From Bispira polyomma (Eukaryota), in contig OZ287753.1 of NCBI GenBank assembly GCA_965649765.1, forward strand, positions 69,750,001-69,814,000: 64,000 nt of DNA, read 5' to 3'. The position numbers and the translations under genes are program-made. The notes under the pieces were generated by a model. The model did not search any database. It had not been told where the DNA came from and saw only the letters and a list, made by a program, of their open reading frames with translations. Position 1 is the first letter of the stretch, and each line of letters starts with the position of its first letter. This document shows, piece by piece, positions 24,069-35,715 of this stretch.

Positions 24069-26714
24069 GTAAAACTTTTTAGTCAGCAAATTGTCCATGT
24101 GCATACAGGAAAACTTTGATATAATGTATTAATTGCTCGGAACAGTATTTTGCGGTTTCTAAGAGTAATGGATAACTAAACGCAAATACACATGTATGAA
24201 TGTAGTTTACTTTATCTAGTGTGACATATTATACTGAGTTATTGAATAAAGATCAGCCACTGTGGCCTAGCGGGATAATTCACTAAGGAATGAAGATGAT
24301 TTGCTTGTCATGCAGCTAGATGGATAGACATAGCTCTTAATTGTAGTGTAAAGATTTAAAGGGACATTTACAAATGACCTTAAGCTTTTGTCTTTAGTAG
24401 TGTACATAAGTGTGCACAAGAGAATAGCTATTGGTCATTTAAAAAAAGAGCTAAAAGATCAAAACTATTAACTGACTACTATTTTTGTCTATTGGGTTTG
24501 ATAATATATTTTCCAAAGCTATATAATAATGTTGATACTGATGCCATGAAGATGACATTGAAAGTGTTCTTTTTCTTCTTTTAGTTCAGACAAGAATTTT
24601 GGATTTGCTTCTTGAGAGGAGGGCTGTTTATAATACTTATGTGGAGTACTTGCTGGAACACAGTGACAATCAAATAGATAAAGCTGTTGCCATTGATCTG
24701 GTATCCCATGTAATCATGAGCGATGTTAATAATGGTGTGAGTCACCACATGTTATTAGATATAATTACATAAAGTAATTTTTTAAAAGTAGATGTTTTTT
24801 GTGCCTTCTTTGTTGGGCTTCCTTTGCGTAATGGTAACATACTCCACTGAATATTGAAATTATGAGATATGGACAGGTGCGTAAACCAGAAGACAGTCTA
24901 TGTAGTGTATGTAAAATACTGGCAGATGAAAAACACTTTGTATTTGACCGTTTACAGTATACTAATATACATACTGGTTTCTTAATAAATTTTAAGGTGG
25001 ATGAACAAGATGTTTGAATAAAATGGAAAGTACTTAAGAACAAAAGAAATGTTTATAACTTTAGTAACTAGTTATTACAAATTTTGAAAGTAAGACAAAA
25101 TGCACAAAAAGGATAAACATTTAAAGTTTCTTGAATAACCAATGGTTTGTAAATTTTAATATTCAAATTACCTACAATAGGAGCGAATATTTCTTTCATG
25201 TCATTAAATAATCTAATTGTGTAAATATGTAACACAAAATCAGTTGTATATTAAGCAACACACTGTTCTGTGTATATTAATTAATGTTTGTATATTTTCA
25301 CTCTCTCATAAGCCATACTTGGCTGGCTGTGTAACAGTTGAGAGTATTATAAAAAATCTGTCTATCTACTCTGCTCCCACATCTGCCCTTGTGGGTTCCA
25401 ATCTCGTATGTATGTCGGAAAGGTGGCATTAGACTTCCTGAAACCATTCTAAGAGTGGTTAAAGTTTTGTCCTAAGCAGTTTCCAGAGCAGACCAACTAC
25501 TTTGTTCTGAGTTTCTTCACCAGTAAACTGCCCATCAAGATATGATTTGTTAAAAGGTCAGTAGGTCTATTGCCAACTTTCTTACATACACACCAGGGCC
25601 AAAACTTGAACTCATGACTGCAGAAGTTGGCGGCAAGTGTAATTCCACTACACCACTGATGCCCCATTGCAATGTGTTTAACAGATTTACATATGAGCAT
25701 AACTTTAAACATATGATATTTTTGCAGCAACTGGGACTGAGTAAATCTGAGATCGCGGATCTTGCATCCAAAGACTTTTTTGTCGGAAAACGCTTTACTG
25801 CAGCGAATGATCGATATATCGTCCAACTGGAATCGGATGAAGGTTTCACTGCAGAAGGAGAGAAACATAATGGATTCCTTATAGTGAAATACTCCAACTC
25901 ACGTAAGTGGCTATCTCTATCATACATATTATGGGAGACTTGAAAGTCCATTTCTTTTTACATAAAATATCTAGTATTGCAATATAACGGAATCTGACAT
26001 GTGATACTTTAAAATAATTTTAAAGGAGCAATTTTTTTCTTTCTGTGCCTTGAGTCTAAATAAATTTTGAAGCCAGCTAAAATGTCACCTTCACCAATAT
26101 AACAGGTATTTTGAATTTGTCCAGAAATTATCAAAATTTATTGTGCAAAGTTTTTTTTAATGAGGGTCAATTTGATACAAGACTGTCTAACAATGCATTG
26201 CTGAGTTGGTTACCATGGTAATGAATGAATTATTCTTAATTATACTCAACTTGGTTTGTTGTGATGCTAGGGGCCGCGGTGGCCTAGTGGTTAGCAAGCA
26301 TTGTGCTTTACAATCACCGGTCTCTCACCTCTGGGCGGCGTGAGTTCGAATCACGTCGATGCCTATGTGGGAAAGGTGATAGTTCCTTACTGTGGGCCGC
26401 TGGTTTTAGTGCAGAACCTTGACCGACTGTATGCAGTGTTTCCTCCAGCGTTTCCAACTACCCGTCCCAATATAACCTACTAAAAGGTACTAGAGTGGAT
26501 GTTAAATATCCAAATTCAAATTCAAATTGTTATGATGCTAATACATTAATTTCGCAAATTCATTTTACTATTTATTAGAAACAACAGCCAGTAATATTAT
26601 GAATGTTTGTGTCTCTTTTTAGTGATGATGGTTGCACACTGTAAAGCTAAAAAAAGTACATGCGAAGACACAACTGATTTGGTCAAGGATATCCTTATAC
26701 ACCAGGGATATTAG
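23981..26714 (+). CDS. Spliced gene, join(23981..24068,24585..24736,25728..25902,26623..26714): 168-aa secreted prepro-profilin-like protein
   Basis: GT-AG introns with matching phases 1, 0, 1 give MTSLLTIIVLCLSANGLARTLMADEELQRVQTRILDLLLERR-AVYNTYVEYLLEHSDNQIDKAVAIDLVSHVIMSDVNNGQLGLSKSEIADLASKDFFVGKRFTAANDRYIVQLESDEGFTAEGEKHNGFLIVKYSNSLMMVAHCKAKKSTCEDTTDLVKDILIHQGY*; the last 126 aa align by eye, end to end, with profilins. Confidence 0.85.
24585..24736 (+). CDS. Coding exon 2: end of propeptide (RR) and profilin N-terminus
   Basis: Polypyrimidine acceptor ttcttcttttag; 152 nt; donor GGT|gtgagt, phase 0. Confidence 0.85.
24800..25120 (+). mobile_element. Decayed LINE ORF2 C-terminal zinc-finger fragment in intron 2
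   Basis: IEIMRYGQVRKPEDSLCSVCKILADEKHFVFD resembles the CxxC..DExHF motif at LINE 3' ends. Confidence 0.6.
25728..25902 (+). CDS. Coding exon 3: profilin core
   Basis: Acceptor atttttgcag; 175 nt; donor C|gtaagt, phase 1; overlaps track ORF 25614..25943. Confidence 0.9.
26270..26526 (+). mobile_element. tRNA-derived SINE in intron 3
   Basis: A box tggcctagtgg, B box gttcgaatc, (aaattc)n tail, 14-bp TSD ttgtt(g/a)tgatgcta; highly similar to the copy at 59447-59701. Confidence 0.92.
26623..26714 (+). CDS. Coding exon 4: profilin C-terminal strand and helix, stop codon
   Basis: Acceptor gtctctttttag; reads LMMVAHCKAKKSTCEDTTDLVKDILIHQGY-TAG. Confidence 0.85.
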
Positions 26715-26872
26715 ACACATAGAAATCTGAGACAGAGAAAACACTTTATTTTTACGTTAAGATTTCATGCTAATATTAAATGTTAGAGTAAAATATAACA
26801 ATTAAGATAATAAGTGACTCTATTTTGCAGTAATAATTTAAATCTAATAGTTTGTGCTCAGAATTGTTACAT

Positions 26873-26913
26873 AATAAAGTGTCAATTAAGTCACAATAGA
26901 ATTAATTAATAAA
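26873..26913 (+). terminator. Candidate polyadenylation signals of the profilin-like gene
   Basis: AATAAA at 26873 and 26908, 160-200 nt after the stop; AT-rich background weakens the call. Confidence 0.5.
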
Positions 26914-29900
26914 ATGGTATCCCATGTTGACAAGTTCAAACAATTTGAAAGTGATTTGGCTCCAAAATTGATGGAAGACCTATCAGGTCAAGCCAATAAA
27001 GGAATGTAAATCATGATAGGAAGATACGATCCATACAATAATGCATCTATGATTGTCACAATCTTTAGTTCTGATCTTGAAACTCCATTTTTTTTGTTAT
27101 ACCTAGTGAAAGCTATGTAAGTGATCAGCTTGAATGTGATGGGGAATGTATAGGAAATATTTTTTTTTACAGTTTTTTTATCTTGTAAAACTTTTGTAGG
27201 ATGATTAATAAAATACTCATCCACATCCACTTCCAACCAGATTTTATTCACATTTAGGTGTACACAGTGTAACCCTTGACACTCACGTTGAGCTGGAACT
27301 GATAAATAATCTGACATGTTACATCCAGTTATGGTACATGTTATGCCAAGCTGAGATAATGCCCTAATCTTTAGTTTTGTTTAGTTTGGGAGAAAATGAC
27401 AATAGTTGGACAAGGTTTTCCATTGTGCAAACTACTAGTCTTCAGCATGTCTATTGACAATTTTTCACTTACATGCCAGGTTAGAGATTTGAACCCATGA
27501 TGGGAGAGGTTCCAGGCAAGTGTGCAAGAACTACTCTGAGGCCCCCATGATCCAAAGAAAAATGGCTAGATGGGATAGAGCTTTCACCCTAGTTTTCAAT
27601 ACTTCATGTTTTCGTGATACACAAACACAAAATACAACTTTCACCTCCTCATATGACTAAATTTATATCTTCCAGATGTTTGAAGTAGATGCCACCCAGG
27701 CCATTTACTTCGGTGAAAAGAGGAATGTACAGACAATATCTCTTTTTCACAGTATGTAAAACTTTTGTATGATCGTAAATATTTGGATTATAATGAACTG
27801 CACTCGGTAAGCAAGGACCATATTTATCCACATTCATATCCAATTAGACCTAATTGTCATTTACAGTTAGATGTATATTAGCTTTTTTCACTTTCTTTGA
27901 ACTGGAACTGATAAATAAACTTCGTATTATGCAGGTTCTGCCAATCTGACATCTTGAACTGATAAATATTCTTACTAGTTAAATTGAGTACTGTACATGT
28001 TCATTATATTTGAGACGCTGTCCCATTTTTATCTGAAATCTGTGCATAGTACGTTTTTCAGATGATGCTTTACCCCGGTTTTAGGCCTTGCAACAGCATT
28101 GTTACCAACCACTCTTGCAGATTTTATGTTGATTTTCGCTCATAGACATCATTAGCGCCAAGAATGGTGAAGCATTTTTTTTTTTCAAAACTGTTGGCTA
28201 ATTACTTCACAATTCAAAATAGTTGACTTGACTTAACCCTGACACACTAATTACTACATCGATACAAGAGAAGACTGTTCACTTTTAATTTCTTCTATTT
28301 TAGCACATATCCAAAACTACAATCTATTATGCTATCTAACTTAATTTCCTGGTGACAATGTAGGACTTGGTCATTGATACACAAAAAATATGTTAATTGC
28401 TTTTGATTTTGTCTATTTTCACTACTCCACATGCTTTACTAATGATAGTGATGGTTGTTGAGATCAGCTTTTTCCTTCGTTTGTGCACTTTGCTGTGGAA
28501 GTTTTATTGGGCAATTCAGGGACTGTCCCCAATATTGGTTCAGTCTCTAGTATATCAAACTTACTTAATAGATATCAGCACAAATAAAAAGTGTTGAATT
28601 TATTTTATTACACCCTTAAATTACCCTCAAATGATTGTGACCCCTTTATCATTGCTTCAATGTGCCATTTATTTGTTTAAACCCTGACAACCTTGTCTGC
28701 TGGCTAGCAGTTAACATATACTTCTTTTTGACAATGCCATGTCTGCTGGCCAGCAGTCAACTGTATAAAATATTACTGCATAGCTCCTTCCACACACGGG
28801 ATCTATGTGGTACACTGCTTTTCACATAAATATATTTTTTTTTCATTTGTTATGTAACCAGTTGTTCATAAATGTAATTTGTGATGTCATTATAGTGTAT
28901 CCAAGTATTGTTCCCCCATATAGTGCAATTACTCTCCATTGATGTTGAAGGGGTTAATGTAAAATAGCTACTGAGTACCACTGCTGAAATGCACCCTTTA
29001 TTTGTTTGTTTTTAAAAATGGCAACTCAGTACCTTAACTAACGACTTTGTCTCAATAAAATAAGTAAAATATTGTTACCAAATGAACTTCAATATTATTG
29101 CTCTGCCAATGCCTCCCCCTTCATTCACATTTTCTTTATTCTATACTGCCAGGAGTTAGCTTTTGATTTCTGTCTGTTGGTTTTATTGTTGCATCTGAGA
29201 TATGTGACGATTTCATTGGTCTTGTGGCTGAAGGATTTCACTAGTCCTTATAGGGTCCCACGTTCAACTTTTATTATATTTGTATATGGTTTTCCATGGT
29301 CTCGTAGTTAAAGGCTTAATCTAGTCCTCTGAGGGTGCCTGGTTCCGTCTCATTATATACATGTGTGGTATCCCATGGTCTATTGGTTAAGGGTTCAACT
29401 CCCAAAAAATCACACAGCCATACTTTGCTTTATATGTACTTCAAATTATAAATAGATTTGGTGCGGGCTTACTTCTGAAATTTCCACACCATTTATTCCA
29501 TGCTACTGTTATAAAAAAAGGTTAGTGTCTTGTATGAACCATATGTTAGCAAACCTGTATTTTATTGACTTAACTTTTATATTTTGATCAGTTTCATAGT
29601 TGTAAAGCTACTCTGTGCCAGTAATAAATTTGGCTATGCTTAATCATTACAAAAAAAATTCTTCCATATTCCACATGTAAGAGGTAGTATATAACATAGG
29701 GATAATGCAGTTACTGGTTTAGTGCTACATGTAGATGTAATTCAATGAGTGTATTCCCCCCCCCCCCCTTTACTTACAAGTAAGTGCTTAAAGGATTGTT
29801 GTGTGACACCTTTTCTGGTATTGAAGTAACACTTTGCATTAATTTAAATAAGTACAATGTGAAAGAGCAAGCACTTTGTTTTTAAGATATCTGTCAGTCT

Positions 29901-31329
29901 GTGCGTCCTAGGGTATGAGCGGCTCGGACTCATTAGGGTGACTTTTTTTTATTTTGGTTAACCCATTGTTGGGAAGAAAATGCATATTTTGAATTTTTAA
30001 AATCCATTATGGCCGCCTTGTCACGCGATTGAAGATGACAATTGACTGTAATTGTTAGTATTTTCCATGGTAGAATATGTGCAGCTCTGGTCCTATGGGG
30101 CGGATTTCTTGAATATTTGGCCTAAATTATATGGACAGTTATGCAAAAAAAAAAATTTAAAAAAAAAATTCAATTTGACCATCGTGAGAGGTGACAAGAA
30201 TTGGTAATAATTTAAGTATTTTCTCTGGTGGGATATGAAGTGGATTTCTTTCATTTTGGGCCTAGTTTTTTTTTTTTTTTTTTTTTTTTGGGGGGGGGGG
30301 GGGGGAATGCAATAAAACAGCCATGTTAGTGTCAGTTCAACACATGTTCATGTAACGTTTGCTCCAGACAACACCAAATTACACCAGTCATGTCCAGATC
30401 ACACAAGTTCTGAGCAGTTTAAAGCAGTTTTATGACCTGTTTAAGCTCCGACCTTTGTCTCAAATTCTCTCAAAATGTGCTTTCAGAGTTGATCACCCAC
30501 AAGAGTTTTGAACATGTTAAACATTTCGGGCTCTGCCTCCTGTTCTTCCTGATCTCTCGAGTTTATGCCAAATTTATGCCCAAATGCTAGACGTTTGCTC
30601 CAGATCACACAAGTTCCTAAAATCGTGCGTAACTGGCCCTATAGAATGTGAAGATGTGCACGCTACATTACAGAGAAAGTTGAAAGGGAGAAATAAAAGA
30701 GGTTGTGTGGTACATTTACATAGAGCATTTAGGAATCATGCCAAGAAAAATAACAGATATTATGCTATAAAGTGCATAACATGTATCGCTGAGAATCACC
30801 TGAAATGTCAAACAGGATATGTATCAAACTAGATACCATGTTTATATTCGTGTACATATTCTCTACACAGGTGGGCATTTGTCACATGTTACATATTGTG
30901 TATTCATTTCAAAACTACATTTCAACAAGTAAACACATGAAACCCAAAACAAGCAACCATACTGGATTTTATAAATGACAATGATTTTACAACACCCATT
31001 TTATTATTTTACACATTTTCAGTTTGACTATATTTTACATGAGTGTCATTGTTTGTGAACAAAATTAGTAGTGAAACATGGGCGGAGGTAAAAGCAGAAA
31101 AAATTACTTTTTTGTTAAATTTGTTTTTGCATATATATAGTACAGAATATACATTATAAAAAAGACATCACAAACACACAGACTTCACAAAAGGACAAAC
31201 ACTGACAATGTGAACAACAAAGATATATACGAACATGTAGGTCAAAGAGACAAGTGTTACCTCTTCAATGGAATGGAATAAGACAAGCTCATCATTCATC
31301 ATTCTGAACAAAACTAATCTGATTTGATT

Positions 31330-31660
31330 ACTTATATTCACATCTAGTTGTTGTTTAAGACAGACAAATCAATCTTTTTAAGATTTCTCCAAATACTTCG
31401 TAAATAGTATCTCCATAGAGAATCTTTATTATTTCTAGTTCTTGTTTAAGGGTAATAAAAAGTCTTCCATCAGAATAGGGTTGTTATTTGTTTTTCTGTT
31501 GTTTATAAACCATTTTGCCAGAAGGATTACGTAATTTATTGGGGAAAGTATGTTGTCCTGACATGATAGACCAAAAAGCACTTCACACTTGGTGAGTTGT
31601 ATGTCTAATGAAAGAGTTTCAGCTGATAGGGTTTTAATGTTTTGCCAATCCCAAACATAT
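31330..31660 (-). mobile_element. Tx1/L1-type LINE 3' fragment
   Basis: Minus strand PINYVILLAKWFINNRKTNN, typical of the L1/Tx1 ORF2 C-terminus. Confidence 0.55.
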
Positions 31661-31892
31661 TTTGTGCTACTTAATTCTGTTTTTTTTTTTTATACAAATG
31701 ATGCTGTCTTAAATTTCGGAACTTTTTGATACCCACCAATTTTCCCAGAACTTAGAAGTGTTACGGTCTCTTATATTTTTATTGGTTCATTACTCTCTGT
31801 CCTAAAATCTTCTGTTTGCAAACTATCTTTTGTAATCTAATTTTCTCACAATGTATACAACACCGCTCCATGGAGAAGACATGGGTACCACC

Positions 31893-33170
31893 CACCAGTC
31901 CCTATGTTATGAAGTCAAAATTGTGATGGTCAGATTGGAGTTTCAAGATCAGATTTGTTGTATATCTTGTATATGAAGAAGGTAATAAAAAAATTTCATT
32001 TGAGCATTTATTTCACATGTTAGTTTGTATATATATGTTACATCAAGAATATGTAAAATTTTAAAGCCACAACAAGCAAACTATACCATAACAGCCAACT
32101 AATATATAAGGCTACTAATACATTAACAAATCTTAAACACAATATAACATGTTTTTTAAAATACAAGATAAGCAGGATATCTTAAGTCTCTTCTTAATAA
32201 TAATAGGACTAGCCAAATTAAAACATTAATGTAAGTAACTTCATGTATACCTGGTTACTGAATAACATATATGTTAACATGATCCATTGAGGCCAATGGC
32301 CAATAAAAATAATACAATGGCCCTTTAGGGTTATCAACACACTGGTTGGCATTTAGATACATGTGAGCATTTTTATACAGAAAAGTCTTATTCGTGCTTC
32401 AGTACGCCTGCCCATAATTGGACCATAAACCTTCTTTACTATCTATATGACTAAGAAGAGTCAGCCTAAATTGTCCATAAACATGATGTTCCTATAGGAA
32501 CCAATACTGTGACATTCAGAAAGAAGAATCTCGATTTGACATGATTTTCTACTAAAGCTTAGTTTTTTATTTTTGCCCTAAAGTTTATTAGAGCCCGACA
32601 CCTTGGGCACCTAATCGAATAGCATAGGAATCTGCCTCCCAGGGCTCATTTTCAACTCTGGTACCCTAAACATGAACTCAGAGGGAGTTTAGGAGACAGA
32701 ATCCTCTACACTGAGTTTGGGCTCCAATTTACCCTATGCAAACCAAGTTATGACCCATACTATGCAAATCATTTACTACTCATATTCTTCAAATATGTGT
32801 AACCGTAACTGTTTTCCATAGCTTACATGAAATATATTTTTCAGTTTCAATCTAATGCTCCTAGCGCACACAAGAAACATTTTAAAGTTTTCTTAAGTAT
32901 TTAATAAATGTCCTTAAACTTTATAATGTTGTGGTAAAGGGAAGGTGGACAGATAAAATAATATACACTTGTTGTTGCTTCTATCTCTGAATGGAATATG
33001 GAAGTCTGAAAAAGCGGGAACTTAAGAGGGGTGCTAGAGATCAGATTGGTTTCATGCATGGATAGACAGATCGTCTCTTATAATGTGGGTGTTGGCATGT
33101 TAAAACTTTGAGGTCTAGCCAAACTAATGGTGTTGTGGACTAAACTGGCAGTCCCCTGAAGGGGCCTCAA
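31893..33170 (-). mobile_element. Non-coding LTR-like or YR-retrotransposon-derived element, copy 1
   Basis: Colinear similarity to 49251-50718 at both ends, in the promoter-like blocks and in the GC-rich core (32591-32724). Confidence 0.6.
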
Positions 33171-33449
33171 ATTAATCATATACACTTGATGTTGTCTGAC
33201 AAGGCTACAAAAACTATCTATGTGTGGCCAAAAAAACAAAGTTGAGATATTATTATGTATAGAGTCAGTGTTTATCATGTGTGTGTTGTGGTAGATTGGA
33301 TCTTAATTGGCTCATTCTTAATTAATCCCACCTTTTGGAGTACCCCAGTGGTTCTCTAGCTTTTAGTTTTTACCCTCTAAAGACATTCCTCCAGCCAAGT
33401 CATCAATATGTCTCCAAATTGTAAACATTTTTTCAACTGGTCTTGTGAA

Positions 33450-33895
33450 ATACCAAATACAGTAGATCTTCTATTATCCGACCATACTGGGAGAGACAAT
33501 TTGTTCAGATAATAAAAGGGTCGAATAACAGAATAATCGATGAGGAGTAGGTAAAACAACAGTAACATACATTACACATGGATTTATTTACATTATTGCT
33601 CATGCGTTTGCTTATAAAATGTGTGTTTTTAAAGACAACATATAAAAGTGTTTTGGACTTTGTTCAATATGACTCCAAATTTGTTTCAACTAGGCTTGTA
33701 ATATACCAAATACAGAAGAACTTTTATTATCCGACCATATTGAGAGAGATAATTTTTTTGGACAATAAACAGGTGGAACAAAAGAATAATTGGTGAGGAG
33801 TAGGTAAAACAATAGTATATGTTACACACAGATTTATTTACATTATCGCTCACACGGTTGATTATAAAATGATGTCTGTTTTTAAAGACAACAAA
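33450..33895 (+). repeat. Diverged tandem duplication (~250-bp period) of a Tigger-like MITE end
   Basis: accaaatacag..tattatccgaccata..tgaggagtaggtaaaacaa..tttttaaagacaaca at ~33455 and ~33705. Confidence 0.75.
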
Positions 33896-34839
33896 TGACT
33901 GTACATGAAATATTTAATTACACTTAATTCAAGACATACATAATCTATTTTTTTCATCAACAAACACGGAAAGAAGTAAGACAAGATACTGTTTACATAA
34001 GACACATAACATGATCAGAATAGAGAGGCCCTAGGGGCCACAGAGTCAGCTGACTAAATGTTTTTAAAAAATATGCAGAAATTCAAGATGGCTGCAAAAA
34101 TCTTCGTCAAGACTTCTGAAAATGTGCTGTATACTCAGTGCAACAGTCCATAGGTAATAAATAAACTCGAATTTGCTCTATCTTGCACCGTTTTAAACGA
34201 TATGGACGTTTTTGAAAAAGACTTGGAAATTTAAAATAGCCACCAAAACCTGAAAATTTCTGAAAAATTGCAATATACCCCACAGAATATGCTCTTAGGT
34301 AAAACAAGAGCTCTAAATTGCTCTATCACGCTCTGTTTTGGAAGTAAAGACTGTTCCTAAAACAGAAATAGAAATTCAAGAAGGCACAAAACTTACCAAA
34401 TACTTTTAAAAATTTGCAATTGAAAAATCTCCTTTCGAACCACTTTTTATGCTACTTTGCTTGGATGTTTAGTTTTGAAGTTATAAAATTAAAAAAAAAA
34501 ATTGATATTCATAAATGTCTAATATTTCATTAACTATTACGTTGGAAAAGCTGAATGTATTATGAGCATATCAGAAAACAAGGTTCAAATATTCTAAAGG
34601 ACCTGTCTCTCCTGACCTGTGACATTCGGTTTAAGGTTAAACAGGAGTCATAAAAAGTCAATTTCCAGTATTCTTTTGCATATCTCAAAAACGTTTCCTT
34701 GCAGCACCATATAACTGGCTAGGATATCTTGGTAGGTCTCGATAAAGTAAAGATATTTCATATATTTTCATTTATTTTACCAAGGTTTTCGTTAGTCGGA
34801 CTGAATAAAAAATAAATACACATTTGCATTGCTCAAATA

Positions 34840-35700
34840 CCCCAGAATCGGCTTAAATGTAGGCTCAGGGTAGGTTCATACTCGGTCATTCTGCAAAGGC
34901 ATTGGCCCCTCGTTCAGGATGTAGCCCATGGGTGTGTCTCTCTGTTCTCTGGCTGCCCAGCGGTTCTCATCAAGTTATGTAGGATGACACAGGCTCTTAC
35001 TACATTGGCTACCACCGGTGGTTCTTGCTGCATGGTAAAGAATTGTCCTGAACCTCTGTACTAGGATCCCAAAGGAATTCTCCACCAACCTTCTCCCCTG
35101 GGAATTCCCGCCAAAAGAAGGGTTTCATGAGCCAAGTCTTCAGTGAAAAGGCATCATCTCTAAGGATAAATTAGGGGACGGGGGGGGGGGGGGCAAAAAG
35201 GGCTTATGGGTTCAATAGGAGAAAGATGATGGACTGATCTTCTATCTTCCTCTTCAGTTCTTTTTGAATATCTGGGAATCTGAACCCACTAGATCCCCAG
35301 ATCCACCAAGGCCATCATCACTATGGGGTGAGAACCTTTGTATTTAAATATTCACTGCCCCCTCTTCTTGGATATCGAATGGCAATATGTTTTCCATATA
35401 ATGGCCCCCAGAACATTTGGTACATTGCATGTGTTCCTGAAAACAGATTCAATCTTCTTCCAGCCCTATAGGCTGGTGGAACAAGACAGAAATTCTTCCA
35501 AAAACTCTTCTGTGATGGCCTGGCAAACCTATGGCACGGACCTGGAGATGGCTGACCTGCCCACTACAAAAGACTACTGCAGTGATAACTGGCCAGTTGC
35601 CAAATGCCTCAAAGCGGTAGCTATCTTGAGACTAGGGGACAGTGGTTTTCAGAACCAGGTGCTCTGTTTCTGTATCCTGGAATTCTTGTAAGACTAGACA
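34840..35700 (-). mobile_element. PIF/Harbinger transposase pseudogene fragment
   Basis: Minus strand NVPNVLGAIIWKHIAIRYPRRGGSEYLN matches the Harbinger GAIDGKH catalytic region; related to 42560-43370. Confidence 0.8.
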
Positions 35701-35715
35701 TCTTGCAGCTCCATG

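Noticed and set aside
25770-25800. GKR amidation/cleavage site (DFFV-GKR) suggesting a neuropeptide precursor
   Set aside because: A single site inside a region that aligns continuously with the profilin fold, with no repeated peptide units; internal processing cannot be fully excluded
26270-26360. tRNA gene (also 55834 and 59620-59701)
   Set aside because: The A/B boxes are followed by a SINE body and tail, two of the three have TSDs, and there is no complete cloverleaf
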